Shown here one piece after another: positions 26,061-39,591 of a stretch of 64,000 nucleotides of DNA (positions are counted from its first letter, which is position 1; the number at the start of each line of letters is the position of its first letter). The DNA comes from the human T2T-CHM13v2.0 reference genome, Homo sapiens, in assembly GCF_009914755.1 (NCBI RefSeq), contig NC_060937.1; one strand, 5' to 3'. Both the position numbers and the translations under genes were made by a program. A model generated the notes under the pieces. It had not been told where the DNA came from. It did not search any database and was given only the letters and a program-made list of their open reading frames with translations.

Positions 26061-26737
26061 TGTAATGGCTGATTTTGGTTGCCAACTAGACTGAATTAAG
26101 AGATACTCAGATAGCTGGAGAAGCATTTTTATTCTCAGTCATGTGCATTAATTATCCTTAATGCTTCAGTAGGCATTGAGTCCATTTTTCTTCTATAAAA
26201 AAGGAAACCTAGATAGTTTGACATTTGATTGGAATGATTAAGCTTCCCCAGGTATTTGTGTAAGGGTTTTTCCAATGAGGATTGACATTTGAATCAGTGG
26301 ACTGAGTGAGGAGATCCACCCTCAATGTAGGTGGGCACCAGTCAATTAGTTGGGGGCCCAGTTGAAACTAAAAAGCAGAGAAAGGGTGAATTTTTGCTCA
26401 TCTTTTCTGGAGCCAAGCCACTTTTTCTGCCCTTGTACATCAATACTTCAGGTTCTCCTTGTTTTGAACTCTGGGACTTGCAGCAACATCCCCCGCCCTG
26501 GGCTCTCAGGCGTGCACCCTCAGACTTAGAGTTATACCATCAGCTTCCTTGGTTGGCCTTTGGACTGAGCCATGCTACCAACTTCTCTGGTCCTCCAACT
26601 TGCAAATAACCTGTTGTGGGCCTCCTCAGCCTCCATAATTGAGAGAGCCAGTTCCCCTCATAAGTCCCTTCTCATGTATACCTCTCTTTATGTATATCCT
26701 CTTGGTTCTGTTTCTCTGGGGACCCCTGGCTAATAAA
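26061..26737 (+). mobile_element. MLT2B-family ERVL solo LTR
   Basis: tgtaatggctgattttggttgccaactagactg...gaatcagtggactgagtgaggagatccaccctcaatgtaggtgggcacca...ttggttctgtttctctgggga. Confidence 0.88.
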
Positions 26738-27814
26738 ATGTTCCCCTTCTCCTTGCCCAACTATATGTAAGCATAAGTTTATGATAGTAAACTATGACAT
26801 ATATGAAGAACTATGTACATATTCTATAATTTTGAGGCTTCTCAAATTAGGTTGTTTTTATAAAATAAAAATTTGACAACCTTCCTAATTTCTGAATGTA
26901 GTCACCATCAGCAAAATACATAAATAAGTGATGAAAACAAGACAGATTTAGAGAAAGAGATAGAAAGAAAGAAACAAAAGAAAAATATTAAAAAGTTATT
27001 TGTACCTTATCCTTCCAGTGTTGCAAGCATTGAGGTCAAAGGCCATGATATATTCCTTTATATTTCCATTTACATTTAACATGACAATATGTACTTAACA
27101 AATATCGACTCAATGAATAAAAAAATCAAAAATTAATCTAACAATAATACTTTAATTGACTTTGCAAATAATTCAAATTAAAGTAAGCATGTTTAATATT
27201 TGATCACCTGGAACTTCCTATCTTATATTTATTAACATGCTAATCCTGATGACCCTTAACAATAAAAAAACTCTTATGAAATTCATTTTTAAGTGTAATA
27301 TTATAGAGACATATTCTCCATGGGCTTACAAGCCCTAGTAATATGCATTGTAAATCCTAGTGAGAATGGCTGAAGAGATTCTATTCCCTAGCATGTTAAT
27401 AACTGAGCACTGATGATCTACAGAGCTTAGTAAGTATCTTTTAATTATTCTTTGTTGCTAATGAATAATAAATAAAAATGTCAGGTGGTATAATAAAGGA
27501 GATGTTGGCTTTTCTACTGTTTCTGGGCAACTCTGTCTCTTCTAGGGCTTACATAGGCCAGCAATACCTTTATTTATAAAATTACTCAGCCTACTCACCC
27601 ATCAATTTAGTAGCTCTTAATAGTCAATCATGTGGTTAGTCATGTGTACCAAGACTGGGTTCCCCCAAGTAACTGGACAATGGAACACAAACTTAAATTA
27701 TGCAAATTCATCTGCTGCTGTTTGTCTGCCTCTTAAGAAAGATACAAATTATTCCATCGTTGTAGGATTATTTGTAATTCATGTGAAGAAAATAAAGGAA
27801 ATAGTAAATATAAG

Positions 27815-28180
27815 TGTATTAGTCTGTTCTCTTGCTGTCACGCTGCTAATAAAGACATACCCGAGACTTAGTAATTTATAAAGAAAAAGAGGTTTAATGG
27901 ACTCATAGTTCCACATGGCTATGGAGGCCTCACAATCATGGCAGAAGGCAAAGGAGGAGCAAAATGTCATGTCTCCATGGCGATAGGCAAGAGAGCTTGT
28001 GCAGGAGAACTCTCATTCATAAAACCATCAGATGTCATGAGACTTATTCGCTACCATGAGAACAATATGGGGGAAAACACCCCCATAATTCAATGATCTC
28101 CACCTGGCCCCACCCTTGATATATGGGGATTATTACAATTCAAGGTAAGATTTGGTTGGGGACGCAGCCAAACCATATCA
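27815..28180 (-). mobile_element. THE1-family MaLR solo LTR
   Basis: tgtattagtctgttctc...gctgctaataaagacatacccgagact...cagccaaaccatatca; 5-bp TSD ataag/gtaag. Confidence 0.93.
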
Positions 28181-28269
28181 GTAAGGAACAAAGGAAAATA
28201 TACAGGCCAGATAATATTATAGGCTTCTTAACTAAAAATAAAGAGTATTCTTAATGACAGGAATAAAAG

Positions 28270-28460
28270 CTATTATGTCAGGCACATTTGGTTTGAACTA
28301 CAGCTCCAAGCATTTTGGCCAGTTATTTAACCTCTTATGCCTCAATTTCACCATCTGCCAAATGGAGGAAATGAAAGTATATAATTTATAAGGATATTGT
28401 GTATACTGTGGTGATAACAGTAAATGACAGGAATAATTTACTCAGTGGCACAGTGACTGC
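28270..28460 (+). mobile_element. MIR fragment
   Basis: ttggccagttatttaacctcttatgcctcaatttcaccatctgccaaatgg. Confidence 0.65.
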
Positions 28461-29172
28461 TACAGAGTCATACATGATATACATATGCACAAAAAGTCCT
28501 AGCCCCTACTCACCAATTTGTAACTCCCATCAGAGATGCTATGTAGTGGCCCACTTTGATGCTTGCCCTCCATTTACGGCTTAGAGAGGGGTGTCCCCAG
28601 CTTCTCTTCCTCTCTATCATATCCCCATGAGCAGCTCTCTTGGAAAATAATACACAAACATAAATAAAATTCTTAAGTAAGAAACTTAAATCTCTCTATA
28701 TGTTCATTCAGAGAGCTTTGTCTTCACATAAGACAAGTCACACAGTTCGGAATTTTAAAAAATCACATTGCTCTTAGGTATCAGCATGCTAGACTTGGAA
28801 ACATCACCTGTACATAAATGCAGACTTCACTGAAAATCAGAAAATATGATATGTGTGATAGAGGGGAAAGATTAATGGGCTATATGTAGGAGGAAAGGAT
28901 GCTAGCTGCTCCAAACTGGGAGGTTGAGGAGAATGAAAGCGTTGCTAGTAGTGGCTTCAACGAGGCAATAGGCATAAACCTGTTTTTAGTAAACAGATTT
29001 ATTAATAAACCGGGACTCTCCCAAACATCCAGAATACATTATCATCCTACGTATAAAATGAAGAGACATGGGTTTTAGGCCAGTTTTGCATTTCCTAGCC
29101 GCATAATTTGATTAAGTCATGACAGATTTCTAGGAGTCTTGCCTCATTCAATAAAATAAAGAAGAAATGACT

Positions 29173-29720
29173 TGTATTAGTCAGGCTTCTCTAAAGGGAC
29201 ACAGCTAATAGAACAGATGTATATATGAAGGGGAGTTTATTAAGGAGTATTGACTCACACGATCATAAGGTGAAGTCCGACACTAGGCTGTCTGCAAGCT
29301 GAAGAGCAAGGAAGCCAGTCCGAGTCCCAAAACCTCAAAAGTAGGGAAACAGAGAGTGCAGCTTTCTGTCTGTGGCCAAAGACCCAAGAGCCCCTGCAAA
29401 CCACTGGTGTAAGTCCAAGATTCCAAAAGCTGAAGAACTTGGAGTCCAGTGTTCGAGGGCAGGAGGCATCCAGTACAGAAGAATGATGAAGACCAGAAAA
29501 CTCAGCGAGTTTGCTCATTCCACTTTCTTCTTCCTGCTTTTTTCTAGCCATGCTGGCAGCTGATTAGATGATGCCAACACAGACTGAGGGTGAGTCTGTC
29601 TCTCCCAGTCCACTGACTCAAATGTTAATCTCCTTTGGCAACACCCTTACAAACACACCCGGAAACAATGCTTTGCATCCTTCAATCCCATCAAGTTGAC
29701 ACTCAGTATTAACCATCACA
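29173..29720 (-). mobile_element. MLT2A2 (HERV-L) solo LTR
   Basis: tgtattagtcaggcttctctaaagggacacagctaatag...catcaagttgacactcagtattaaccatcaca. Confidence 0.93.
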
Positions 29721-31739
29721 CTTGGTGATGCATAAGAATCCTTCTAGCTGTCATTCTGAGATAGAAAAGTATATGTGCCTGTTGACTGAAGAAGACTCAC
29801 AACCTAGATTGCTGGTAATACGTGCCATATAGAAGATTCATCCTTCTTAACTTCTTAAAAGCATAAATAAGAAACAAGACAGAAATTTGAATGAAAAGTA
29901 AAGGAATGGCGCTGCGGGTGAGAATGAGAATGAGAGCAAGGAGCCGTGAGCAAGCTGCTGTTGGAACAGCAGGTAGGAAGGACACTCCTGTGCAGGCGGT
30001 TGGAAGAGTTCCCACTCCTGCAGGATGTGGTATCAGGAATCAGGTGAGAGGACCACAGAGGGAAATGGCTGACGAATAATACCCTTCTGTCTTTTCATTT
30101 CTTGCTTTCCAATTAATTACCAAGAACCCTCCTTCTGTTGCATTGGAGGAGGTATGTGTGAGCAGATGGAGAGGCCACTGGGTCCTTTGTATCTATATTC
30201 TTATCTACAGTCATATTTTTCATTTTCCAATTGAGAGTTACCAATTGAAGCCTGGATTCTGAAGCAGAGGAAGTTAGATGGAGCTGTAAGTCTGTGTCAA
30301 TTGTTTGATGTGTCCCTATGTTGTATGCAAGTTATTTAACTTTATTCTTCAGGTTTCAACTTAAATATTTTCTCAGAGAGAAATTTTGTGAATAGTTATT
30401 CTAATGATGGCTCCCTGATTTAAATTCTGCCCTTTATCTTCAAAGACTCTATCAAAATCATTTTTAAATATATGCTTAGTGCTTGCCTGCCCACAACTGA
30501 CTGCAAGCTTCATGAAACCAAGAACTCCATCTGCCATGTGCTCAAAGCAGACGGTAGGAGCTCCATAAACACTGATTGAATAAATAAAATTAATAACTAT
30601 TAGTCAAATAAATAAACTCCTAGGAAGAAATGAGTGAAGGTGTCATAAAATAAATGGAATTCTAATAACACTTGAATTATGGGCTGCAAACGTGAGGCGG
30701 AGGAGAGGCTTTGTGTGCAAAAAACATTTCTGGCTAAATTTTTGCATGTTGCTAATTAAGGAACAGACATTGGTAGAAAAAAGTGAGACATGTAAAATTT
30801 GCTTTTGTTTTATTATGAAAAATTCCAACAAGTAGTTTGCCATTATTGGATGATAGATAGTACCAGAGATGTTGGAAAATAGGCCCTATGACATCAGTGC
30901 GAACATCTTACCTTTAAAAGCTGTGAGTTTCACTAATTGGCAGGTTATTTTACTGTGATGGCCAAGACAGAGTTACAATTCTATTATTAAAACATGCAAA
31001 AATGATGGAAAACTGAACGTAAAAATCAGTATTGGTAATGGGTGAAATAATTAAAGTACAAAAAGGACAGAAGGTAGAAGGTATGCACCACAGGAGGTTT
31101 CTTTATTTGGAGGTTAGGATGGAATCAGTGTTGCTTTAAGAAATACAGAAAGGGCTGAATGTGGATGTATTGCGTGAGCTAATTATTTGTATTATTATTA
31201 TTTTTAGAAGTCAACAATTAATTAACAATGTAAAATATTAGATATTGTTTCATGAAAAGTAAGAAAAACAGTCAAACAAAAACGAGTCATTAAGGGCCTT
31301 TGAGAGTTTTAATAATCAAGAATAGAAAGTCACATTACATAGGATTGTTATGGAAAACAGGTAGTCAAAAAAAAGACAATAGAAACTGATTTCTCTTTGG
31401 TGTAGATTGGAAAGGAGATGCCTCAGGAGTTTAAGCAGGGTCAATGGAAACACTTTCTAAGTACCTATTCGAATTAAATTTGTGTGAAGGCACAGAAGTA
31501 TGAGGTGGTGAGGGGGAAGATGAGATGGTGCTAGCTGCACTGTTGTACTGTGAGTCTTTGTTTCACACATGTATAATGAACAGCCACATGAGAAGCACAA
31601 TTTATAACATCAAAGTGACTTGTGAGACTACTAAATGAATGTTTTCTCTGGACACATCCAAATTACATCCTAATTGTCTGTATTTTGAGGTTGGCTTCTT
31701 TCATAGTAGGTAGTTTACATCTGGAAAATGCATCTATTT

Positions 31740-32045
31740 ATTTTATATATTTATATATATATTTTTAGACATGGAGTCTCATTCTGCCACCCAGGCTGGA
31801 GTGCAGTGAGGCACGATCATAGCTCACCGCAGCCTCCAAGTGCTGGACTCAAGCGATCCTCGCATTTCTGCCTCCCAAGTAGTTGGAACCACAGGCCACC
31901 ATGTTCAGCTACTTTTTAAGTTTTTTGTAGAGATGGATTCTTGCTTTGTTGCCCAGGCTGTTCTTGAACTGCTAGCTTCAAGAGATCCTCCCACTTTGAC
32001 CTCCCAAAATGCTGGAAGTACAGTTGTGAACTACCACACCCTGCC
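31740..32045 (-). mobile_element. AluJ-type SINE
   Basis: gatcatagctcaccgcagcc / ctcaagcgatcctc J diagnostics; degenerate TA-rich tail. Confidence 0.92.
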
Positions 32046-32099
32046 AAAAGATAGATCTATTTAGGATATCTGAAAATAAATACAAGGTGAAGGAAGCCC

Positions 32100-32900
32100 T
32101 GGTTATATGTTTGAGTGTTCCAGAAAATGGCTTTTATGATGGGTTTCAATATTCAAGTCATTTATTTGAAGGGAGAAGATAATTTATGAAAGATAAAAGA
32201 AAGAGAGAAAGAGCGAGAGAAAGAGAGAAGGCATAGGTGCAGAGGCCCCAGACTCTACTGCAGCTGTAACACCTGCAAAGAGAGAAAGGAAAGGACTTAG
32301 GATCGGGCTGGCAGAGCCTCAGCCTACGGTGCAACTAGGAGAGCAGTGACCAGGATAAGAGGGGGCAGGAATGACAGGACACTCGTAAGCCTGCCAGGCC
32401 CGTCATGGGCTGAGAGATACCTGGGCAAAGCCTGGTTTCAGCATAAAGGCTGTGATCATTCCTGTCGTCGTTTGTTTTGGTGACTATAACAAAAAGGCAT
32501 AAACTAAGTGGCTTATAAACAACAGAAATTTATTGCTCACAGTGCTAGAGGCTGGGATGTCCAAAATGAAAGCACCAACAGATTCTGTTTTCTGGTGAGG
32601 GCCCACTTTCTAGGTCAAAGATAGTGCCTTCTAGCTGTGTCCTCACAGGACAGAAGGGGTCTCTTTCATAACAGCACAACTTCCACTGAAAGCCAGCCTG
32701 ACTCAATCACTTCCCCAGAGTTCCCACCTCTGAATACTATCACATTGGGGATCAGGTTTCAAGCTATGCATTTGCAGGGGACACTAAGATTGAGGCCAGA
32801 GCAATTCGATAAGGTACTGCAGTGGAAGGCCCTCAGCAAAATGTGCTCCTCACATGAGAGTCTCCGGGGTGGAGAGAGGAGTAACTTTCTCCCATGACTA
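32100..32900 (-). mobile_element. LTR16-like ERVL LTR, interrupted by MLT1A0
   Basis: ttcaagtcatttatttgaaggg; acacctgcaaagagagaaaggaaagg...agagcctcagcctacggtgca resemble the LTR16 group. Confidence 0.5.
32463..32803 (-). mobile_element. MLT1A0-like MaLR solo LTR
   Basis: gtggcttataaacaacagaaatttattgctcacagt...tctggtgagggcc...aatactatcacattgggg; 5-bp TSD attcc/attcg. Confidence 0.88.
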
Positions 32901-35900
32901 CCACCAACCAGGTCAATAGGATCTGTGCTGTTAACCTTCTTAAGGGATGACCTGGTCATCTTAGGGTCTTTCATGAAATACCAAATTCTCCAATGCCAAG
33001 CAGGCTGCATGGTTCAGACGGCAAGCCCTGTGGATAAGTGACAGTGGTGCTTATCTACACATTCAAAACTTCATTCTTGAATTGAAGGGAATTCCACGGA
33101 CCTGTTGGGATGTCCTGCATCTAAGTATCCCCACAGAATTTTATCCTCAGAGCTTATTTTTAATATTATAATTCCTGTGACATTTTCACCAATTGTTTCA
33201 CTGACCTGGTTTGAAATCCCTTGAGTAGTTGTATGTGATATAAACATGTCATGTTGGAAAACAGAAATAAGAACTACAATGGAAAAGCTTTAAGGATACT
33301 TAAATTCAGAGTGTCGAGTTCCCTGAAGATTGAAAAAATTAAAAAAAAAAAAAGAAAAGAAAAGAAAGAAATGCGAAGTTCAATTGTTTTGAAATACGTG
33401 TGGAGTGGCTGCTGTAAGCCTTGGTGGTAGTAATTGTGTACTTTTGTGCTTCTTCAGTTTAACTGTTATGTCACCTCAGTTAAAAATGATAGACATTTTG
33501 AATTCCAAGCTCTATTTTTGCCCCTTATTCTATACTGTGTAAGAAAATTTCTCTTTCCCCATGATATATTTTCTATTCAAAGTGAGTGATGCCATTCAAA
33601 TGGCCAACCAAATTTTCTTCTTAGGGAAATAAAATCAGGGGAGGGCACCTCATTTTGCATGACAGTTCCCAGGTGCTGCCTTTAGGGCTGGCACACACAC
33701 GACACGTGCAGGAAGCTGGTTCTGGTTAGCACCCACTCGCAGTGGGGATAATTGGCACATTTGCTTGGCACACACCTCTGCTCCCCACTCCAAACAGAAT
33801 CCTGCTCGTCACTGCTGGGTTCCTGCACATTTTTGGATTGCTCTGACCCTGATGAAAGGAAAAGTTGCTAACAGATATGAGTGAACAGGTTTGTATAAAA
33901 GAATGCCTGTGAGCCAGCTGGCCCTGTGTTTGTTCACTGCAACAGGGTCAGGAACTTTGCATGGTCTTAATAAATAGAATCAACTGACTTCATATGTGTT
34001 TTGGCACTAACCTGGGGCCTATGGCATCATTTCCTGGGGTTTAGTACAATATTAATAAAAAGGACTATTCCAGATTAGGCACAAATCAATGCTGTATTAT
34101 AAAACCATTTTAATTTTTGGCTAAAAAAGCAGATGAAATGGGGTTACTGCAGTTTATCACATTGCCTTGAATATCTGTATAACAAGGTTGAGATTTGCTT
34201 TATTTTTAAAGTCCTTACTGGTTTATGCTTATTACTTAAAAGAACTATTTTTTTTCTAGATGTATGAAGTAAAATATGGTACATGCCCACAGGTTTAGCA
34301 TTTGGCTTTGAAGCACACTGAATTTATTATATTTGTTTGTGCAGCTTCTCTTAATCTATTGTGACAACAAATTAGACTCTGATTTAAATTAAAGCAAATT
34401 GCAAAATAATTATAAGTGTTTTTCTTTATTTTTCATCTTCCCTTTCCAACCTAACTGCCATCAGACAATCTGGAAATAAATAAGACACCTTAGGGAATTT
34501 TCTTTTCATTAAGGATTATCTTTGGGAAAATAAAATAAAACTATTCTTCATTAAGGTCTTTAAGTTTATTCTTCATAGTATAATAAAATGCTTACTAAAA
34601 TGGGTAAAAATAACATTTTCTCTCTACCAGCATTTTTCAATTTGTTTCTGCATTTGTGATCTTTACTCTGTTTTCCTGTGTTGTGAAATGGATTTGGAGT
34701 AAGATGCAGTGAGTGAAACAACTTTGTATTATATGGTAGGAGAACAGCAACAACAAAAACAGTGAGTTAGGGTTTTCTTCCTTATTCAAAAATAACAATT
34801 TATCTTGTCTTTTTGGCTTCAAAATTTAGACTGTCACCTTATTTAACATGCTTAAGATTTATTATTGAATGTTCAATCCAACTTAGGCTTAAAAATGAAA
34901 CAAGTGCCAGAGGCCAAGCTTGAGAAGCAGGTGCCTAGTGCCTGGTCAGCCACATTGCTTCCCACCCGCTCCTTCCCCGTCCCTCCCTTTCCTTCAGCCC
35001 CAGCCCGCCTCCCCTGCCCACCAGCTCCTACACAGGGATGCAGCCTTTTAGGCTGCTGTAGAACACTTAATCAATGAGGAGTAAAGATCTGGAGAAAGTA
35101 TCTTTTGTTTATGACCCATGCGCTAGAATAGCGTGTTCTGAACACATAGTTCCTTCCACATAAGTGGGTAAGATTTCAGTAGCCATTGTCCTGGGAGCAC
35201 ACACACCGGATGTATACATCCACCTTACGGTAGTCAATGTGTAACATCCAAAGGCCATGCTCATCTTGCTTTAATCTATGGAAATGAGAAAGGGTAAATT
35301 CAAGATGTGGGCTTAGATAGTGGGAAAAATCAACATTGGAATCAAGATCAACCGTGAGTGAGGACCAATCAGGGCTCCTTTATCGCATTAAAGAGTAGAA
35401 TGTAGTGTCAAACCCGAATCTCCTTTAATTTGCCGTGGAGTTTAAGTGATGGAAAACTTCTTAGCTCAGGACATGGACAATGAATTTAACTAACATTATT
35501 CCAAGCCGACTGAGGCTTTGGAGGAGTATATACACAGGTGTGCACTCGTGTGTGTGTGTGCGTGCGCACACACACACACAATTTCCAGATATAATGAGTA
35601 GAACACAAATTTATTATTATATTTTCACAACAAATGTTGATGCACATTTATTGACTTTTCACATTAAACAAAAATTATTCCGTCAGGATGAAATGCAACT
35701 GTGCTTCAGACACGTATAAATGGCACATAATGGCTGGTGGTAATGAGTAATAGATGACAAATGAATCCATTTCCCTGCATACAAGAGAGATTATGTGGCA
35801 TAGCCTGACAAAGGAAAGAAAACAACTCTGCATCCCTCCTGGATATGCTACACTAGAGCTCACTTCACCATAATCATCTAACAAAACAATGATCTAACAG

Positions 35901-37042
35901 AGGGAAATCTATGATACCACTGAATGGGTCACTATTAGTAGAAACTGTGATCATGTAAAAAGCCACTCACTCCACACTGGGCATTCAGTATTAAGCTGTC
36001 AACCATTATTTAATTATTATACAGCATAAGTCTGCAAACTGAGAAAATAATAGCCTATAAATTATGGGGAAAATGGACCACCATTTTCATGGTGTTGATA
36101 GGTCTAGCTCAAAATATATCATTTTCCCTAAAAGAGTGGAGCAATCCTGAATACATTAGCACAAGAAAAAGACAACAATAAATAAGGATTTGTGAACAAA
36201 ATCAAGAAGGTTCAGATAGTGGCAGAGCAAAGCTTAGAACAACGCACTGAAACACATTTTGGAAAATCCTTAAAAGCAAATTAGAGATGAAGATAGCAGA
36301 ACACTATGTTCCTAGAGTTCCTCTGTTTAATTAACTTGTCTTAATTTAGAATGTATGTGCACACCATCAGGTAAAATACATTCCTGAAACATAAACACAT
36401 TCAAAGCTCACTGGATTTCATTCTTGGCCTCCTGAACCAAAAGATAAATGTAATTTTGCCTGTGATAATAGGCTTAGTCGGGGAAAAAAAACAGTTATCA
36501 TATCTTTATTCAAAGGCTGTCCCATCCTTAGCTATCTTTCATGACTTACATATTTAAGTACTCAGGAATAAGAGGGATATGAATATTTACATGAAAATGA
36601 AGTCATTTTGAAAAGAAGTGGAGGAAGACATTTCTACTTTAATTTTCACTATTCTCATTTTTATTTGTACTCTTGTAAGAAGTTTATTTCTCTTTTAAAA
36701 TAAATTATTTCAGGAATGTTGCCATTGTATTTTCGAGTTTTGGATAGTCCATTACCACTGTTTTCTTCTTTGATAGTTATTGTTACAAAAACACCATTCA
36801 CAGAGAATAGTCAACATGTTAATATCAACTACAACATGTGGAATATTATTTTTCTTACGGGTGATTCAAGATGACCAAGGACAATTAAGACAAAAATTGA
36901 TTTTTTGACCCATGTAATCATAAATTGAAATATAATAGAGTATGAGGTTATGACATGATTTTCTCATTTCTGTGTTATTTAGGTTATTCTCTTCCTCCTT
37001 TCATAAATTGAAATTGTCAAGAAGGAATAGCTTAAATTATTA

Positions 37043-37447
<405 letters not shown>

Positions 37448-37775
37448 TTAAAATAAAACGTATGAAAGTAATAAGCTCCTGAGGATTTAAGATATAAAAG
37501 TGTTCATATCTGGAGTTAAAGTTAAGCTTTGGGCTCTGAATAAGCACATTCATAAGTAGGTACTGTTAGTCACTGTCTCTAACAGGGTAATACCGATTAA
37601 GAGGAGGAACCCATCTACACGCAGAGGTCTTCCACAGCCGTCCATAGCAGCAGTGTCTTCATAAGAGAGTGATATTTCTGGCAGCCTATTCCACCTCCGA
37701 GTCCCTGAATGCAATTCCATAATTAGTTTGCTTGGAACAGACCTCAGCCTCAACGTTCAGACTCCTTCAATGCTT

Positions 37776-37818
37776 GTCTATGGCCATATCAGCCTGAATG
37801 TGCCCAATCTCATCAGAT
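37776..37818 (+). pseudogene. 5S rRNA 5' fragment (tailless retropseudogene)
   Basis: gtctatggccatatcagcctgaatgtgcccaatctcatcagat versus 5S nt 1-43 GTCTACGGCCATACCACCCTGAACGCGCCCGATCTCGTCTGAT: 35/43 match, five mismatches are CpG decay; flanked by a TSD. Confidence 0.88.
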
Positions 37819-39591
37819 TCCTTCAGTGCTGACAAGGTCCTCTAGAGAGAAATCTCTGACTTAGTTTCCTAATCTGGCATTAATCAAAAAGTGGCCATTC
37901 TTGGGGCAGATGGCTACAGTGGCCCAGTGGACTCCATTGGCTTTGAGTTTCATGGGTCCATCCATGAACCAAGCCATACATCAGCTGGAATATCTTTGAA
38001 CCATGAGCCCACTCAGCTAAAAAGGAAAGAAGGGGTCACCCTCTGTGGACCATTCAGTTACCGCAACAAGAGAGCTACTGGTTCATGGAGTCAACTGATA
38101 CCTTGGGGCCCCAGTTCAGCTCACTATAGAACATACCATTTCCATTTAAGGATGGAGCTTTGCCCAGCCAGTTATATTATTAGTGGGGTTAGTGAGTATC
38201 CACTTGAGAGTCGACAGCTCAAGTGGTAAGGGTAGATACTGCACTACAGTGGACAGGTGCTTCATTTCCACTAGGGCTCCATAACTGGGTAGGTGATGGT
38301 ATTGGAAGGGAGTGTATCTTGCAGCTGCCCCAGGTAACTGATGTATTCAAAATATGAGGGGCTTATGCACCCAGTAGTGGTCTCTTGTTGCCACAGGTTT
38401 CAATCATATGGGTAGGTGTCATTGAGACCTGTAGTGCCACTGGGCTGGTGGGATCCATTGGCCCAATGATAAGGCCCATGTCAATGTATGTTGCACAGCC
38501 TCAAGACCCTACTCTTGTGGGATTCCCATTCAAAAGTGGACAGCTTTCAAATAACCTTGATTAAAGAAAGGGTCCAAAAGAATACCCATATGTGGTATAT
38601 GTTGTTTCAAATAGCCAAACCAGTCTATGAGCTGTTTAGCCTCTTTCTTGGTGGTGGTGGCTGCCAAGGACAGCAACTTCTGTTTAACTTTATGAAGAAA
38701 ATTCATTTAATTACCAGTCTATGTGGCTCCCAAGACTGTAGTTTTTGACCAAGTCCCTGAACCTTATCTGGGTTAACAGCCCAGCCTGTGCATGCCATAG
38801 TATCTATGACTTTACATAGGGCCTGGTCAACATTTTCTCAAACCTGAAGTGAGGATGCCATCAATATAATGTAGGACAAATACTTCAGGAAATAGTTGGG
38901 CTTGTTGCAGATCTAGCCCTACCCACTGATGGCACATTGCAGGGAATCTGAGGTATTCCCATGGAGGCAGAGTGAAAGTGTACTGCAGGCCTTCCATGTG
39001 AACACAAATTATTACTCACCTTCATCCTGCAAAGGTACTGAGAAAAGAATGTGAGTCATATAATAGCAGAGCACCAGGCCCCTGTAGGACTGCCACCACC
39101 CAGTAATGGCAAAGATGACAGGTCCCACAGGGGCCAAGTATGGCACCTAGCATTCAATCTGTCTTTGTTCACCTTCAGCTCCTAAGCCCCTGAAGCCTTC
39201 ATATGGCTCAGACTGGGCTAATAAGTTGTGACAGAGAGGTGCATAGCACTCCTGCCTGCAGCATGTATTGTATCAAAAAGGTAATGCCCTATTCTCCCTA
39301 TTCTCTGCCCGGTCTGCAGTTCTGCTTTTGTGGAATAAGCTGTCAGGACTTGGGTAACTTAGGTGGGGGTGGGAGTGAACTTGACCTCTGGTTATGGCTG
39401 GAATCCTTGTTGTGTGGGGCATCCCCCCGAGCATGTGGTGATGTTTCATGCTGCAAGCAAAGTGTCAGTGCCTCGAATGCACTCAGCAATGGGAATCATG
39501 TTCAGTTTCATCCAGAATGACCTAAAGGCCCCTACCACAAAGACATGTGAACTTATCTGCCATGGATCACCACATTTTGTCCAAAATCCTT

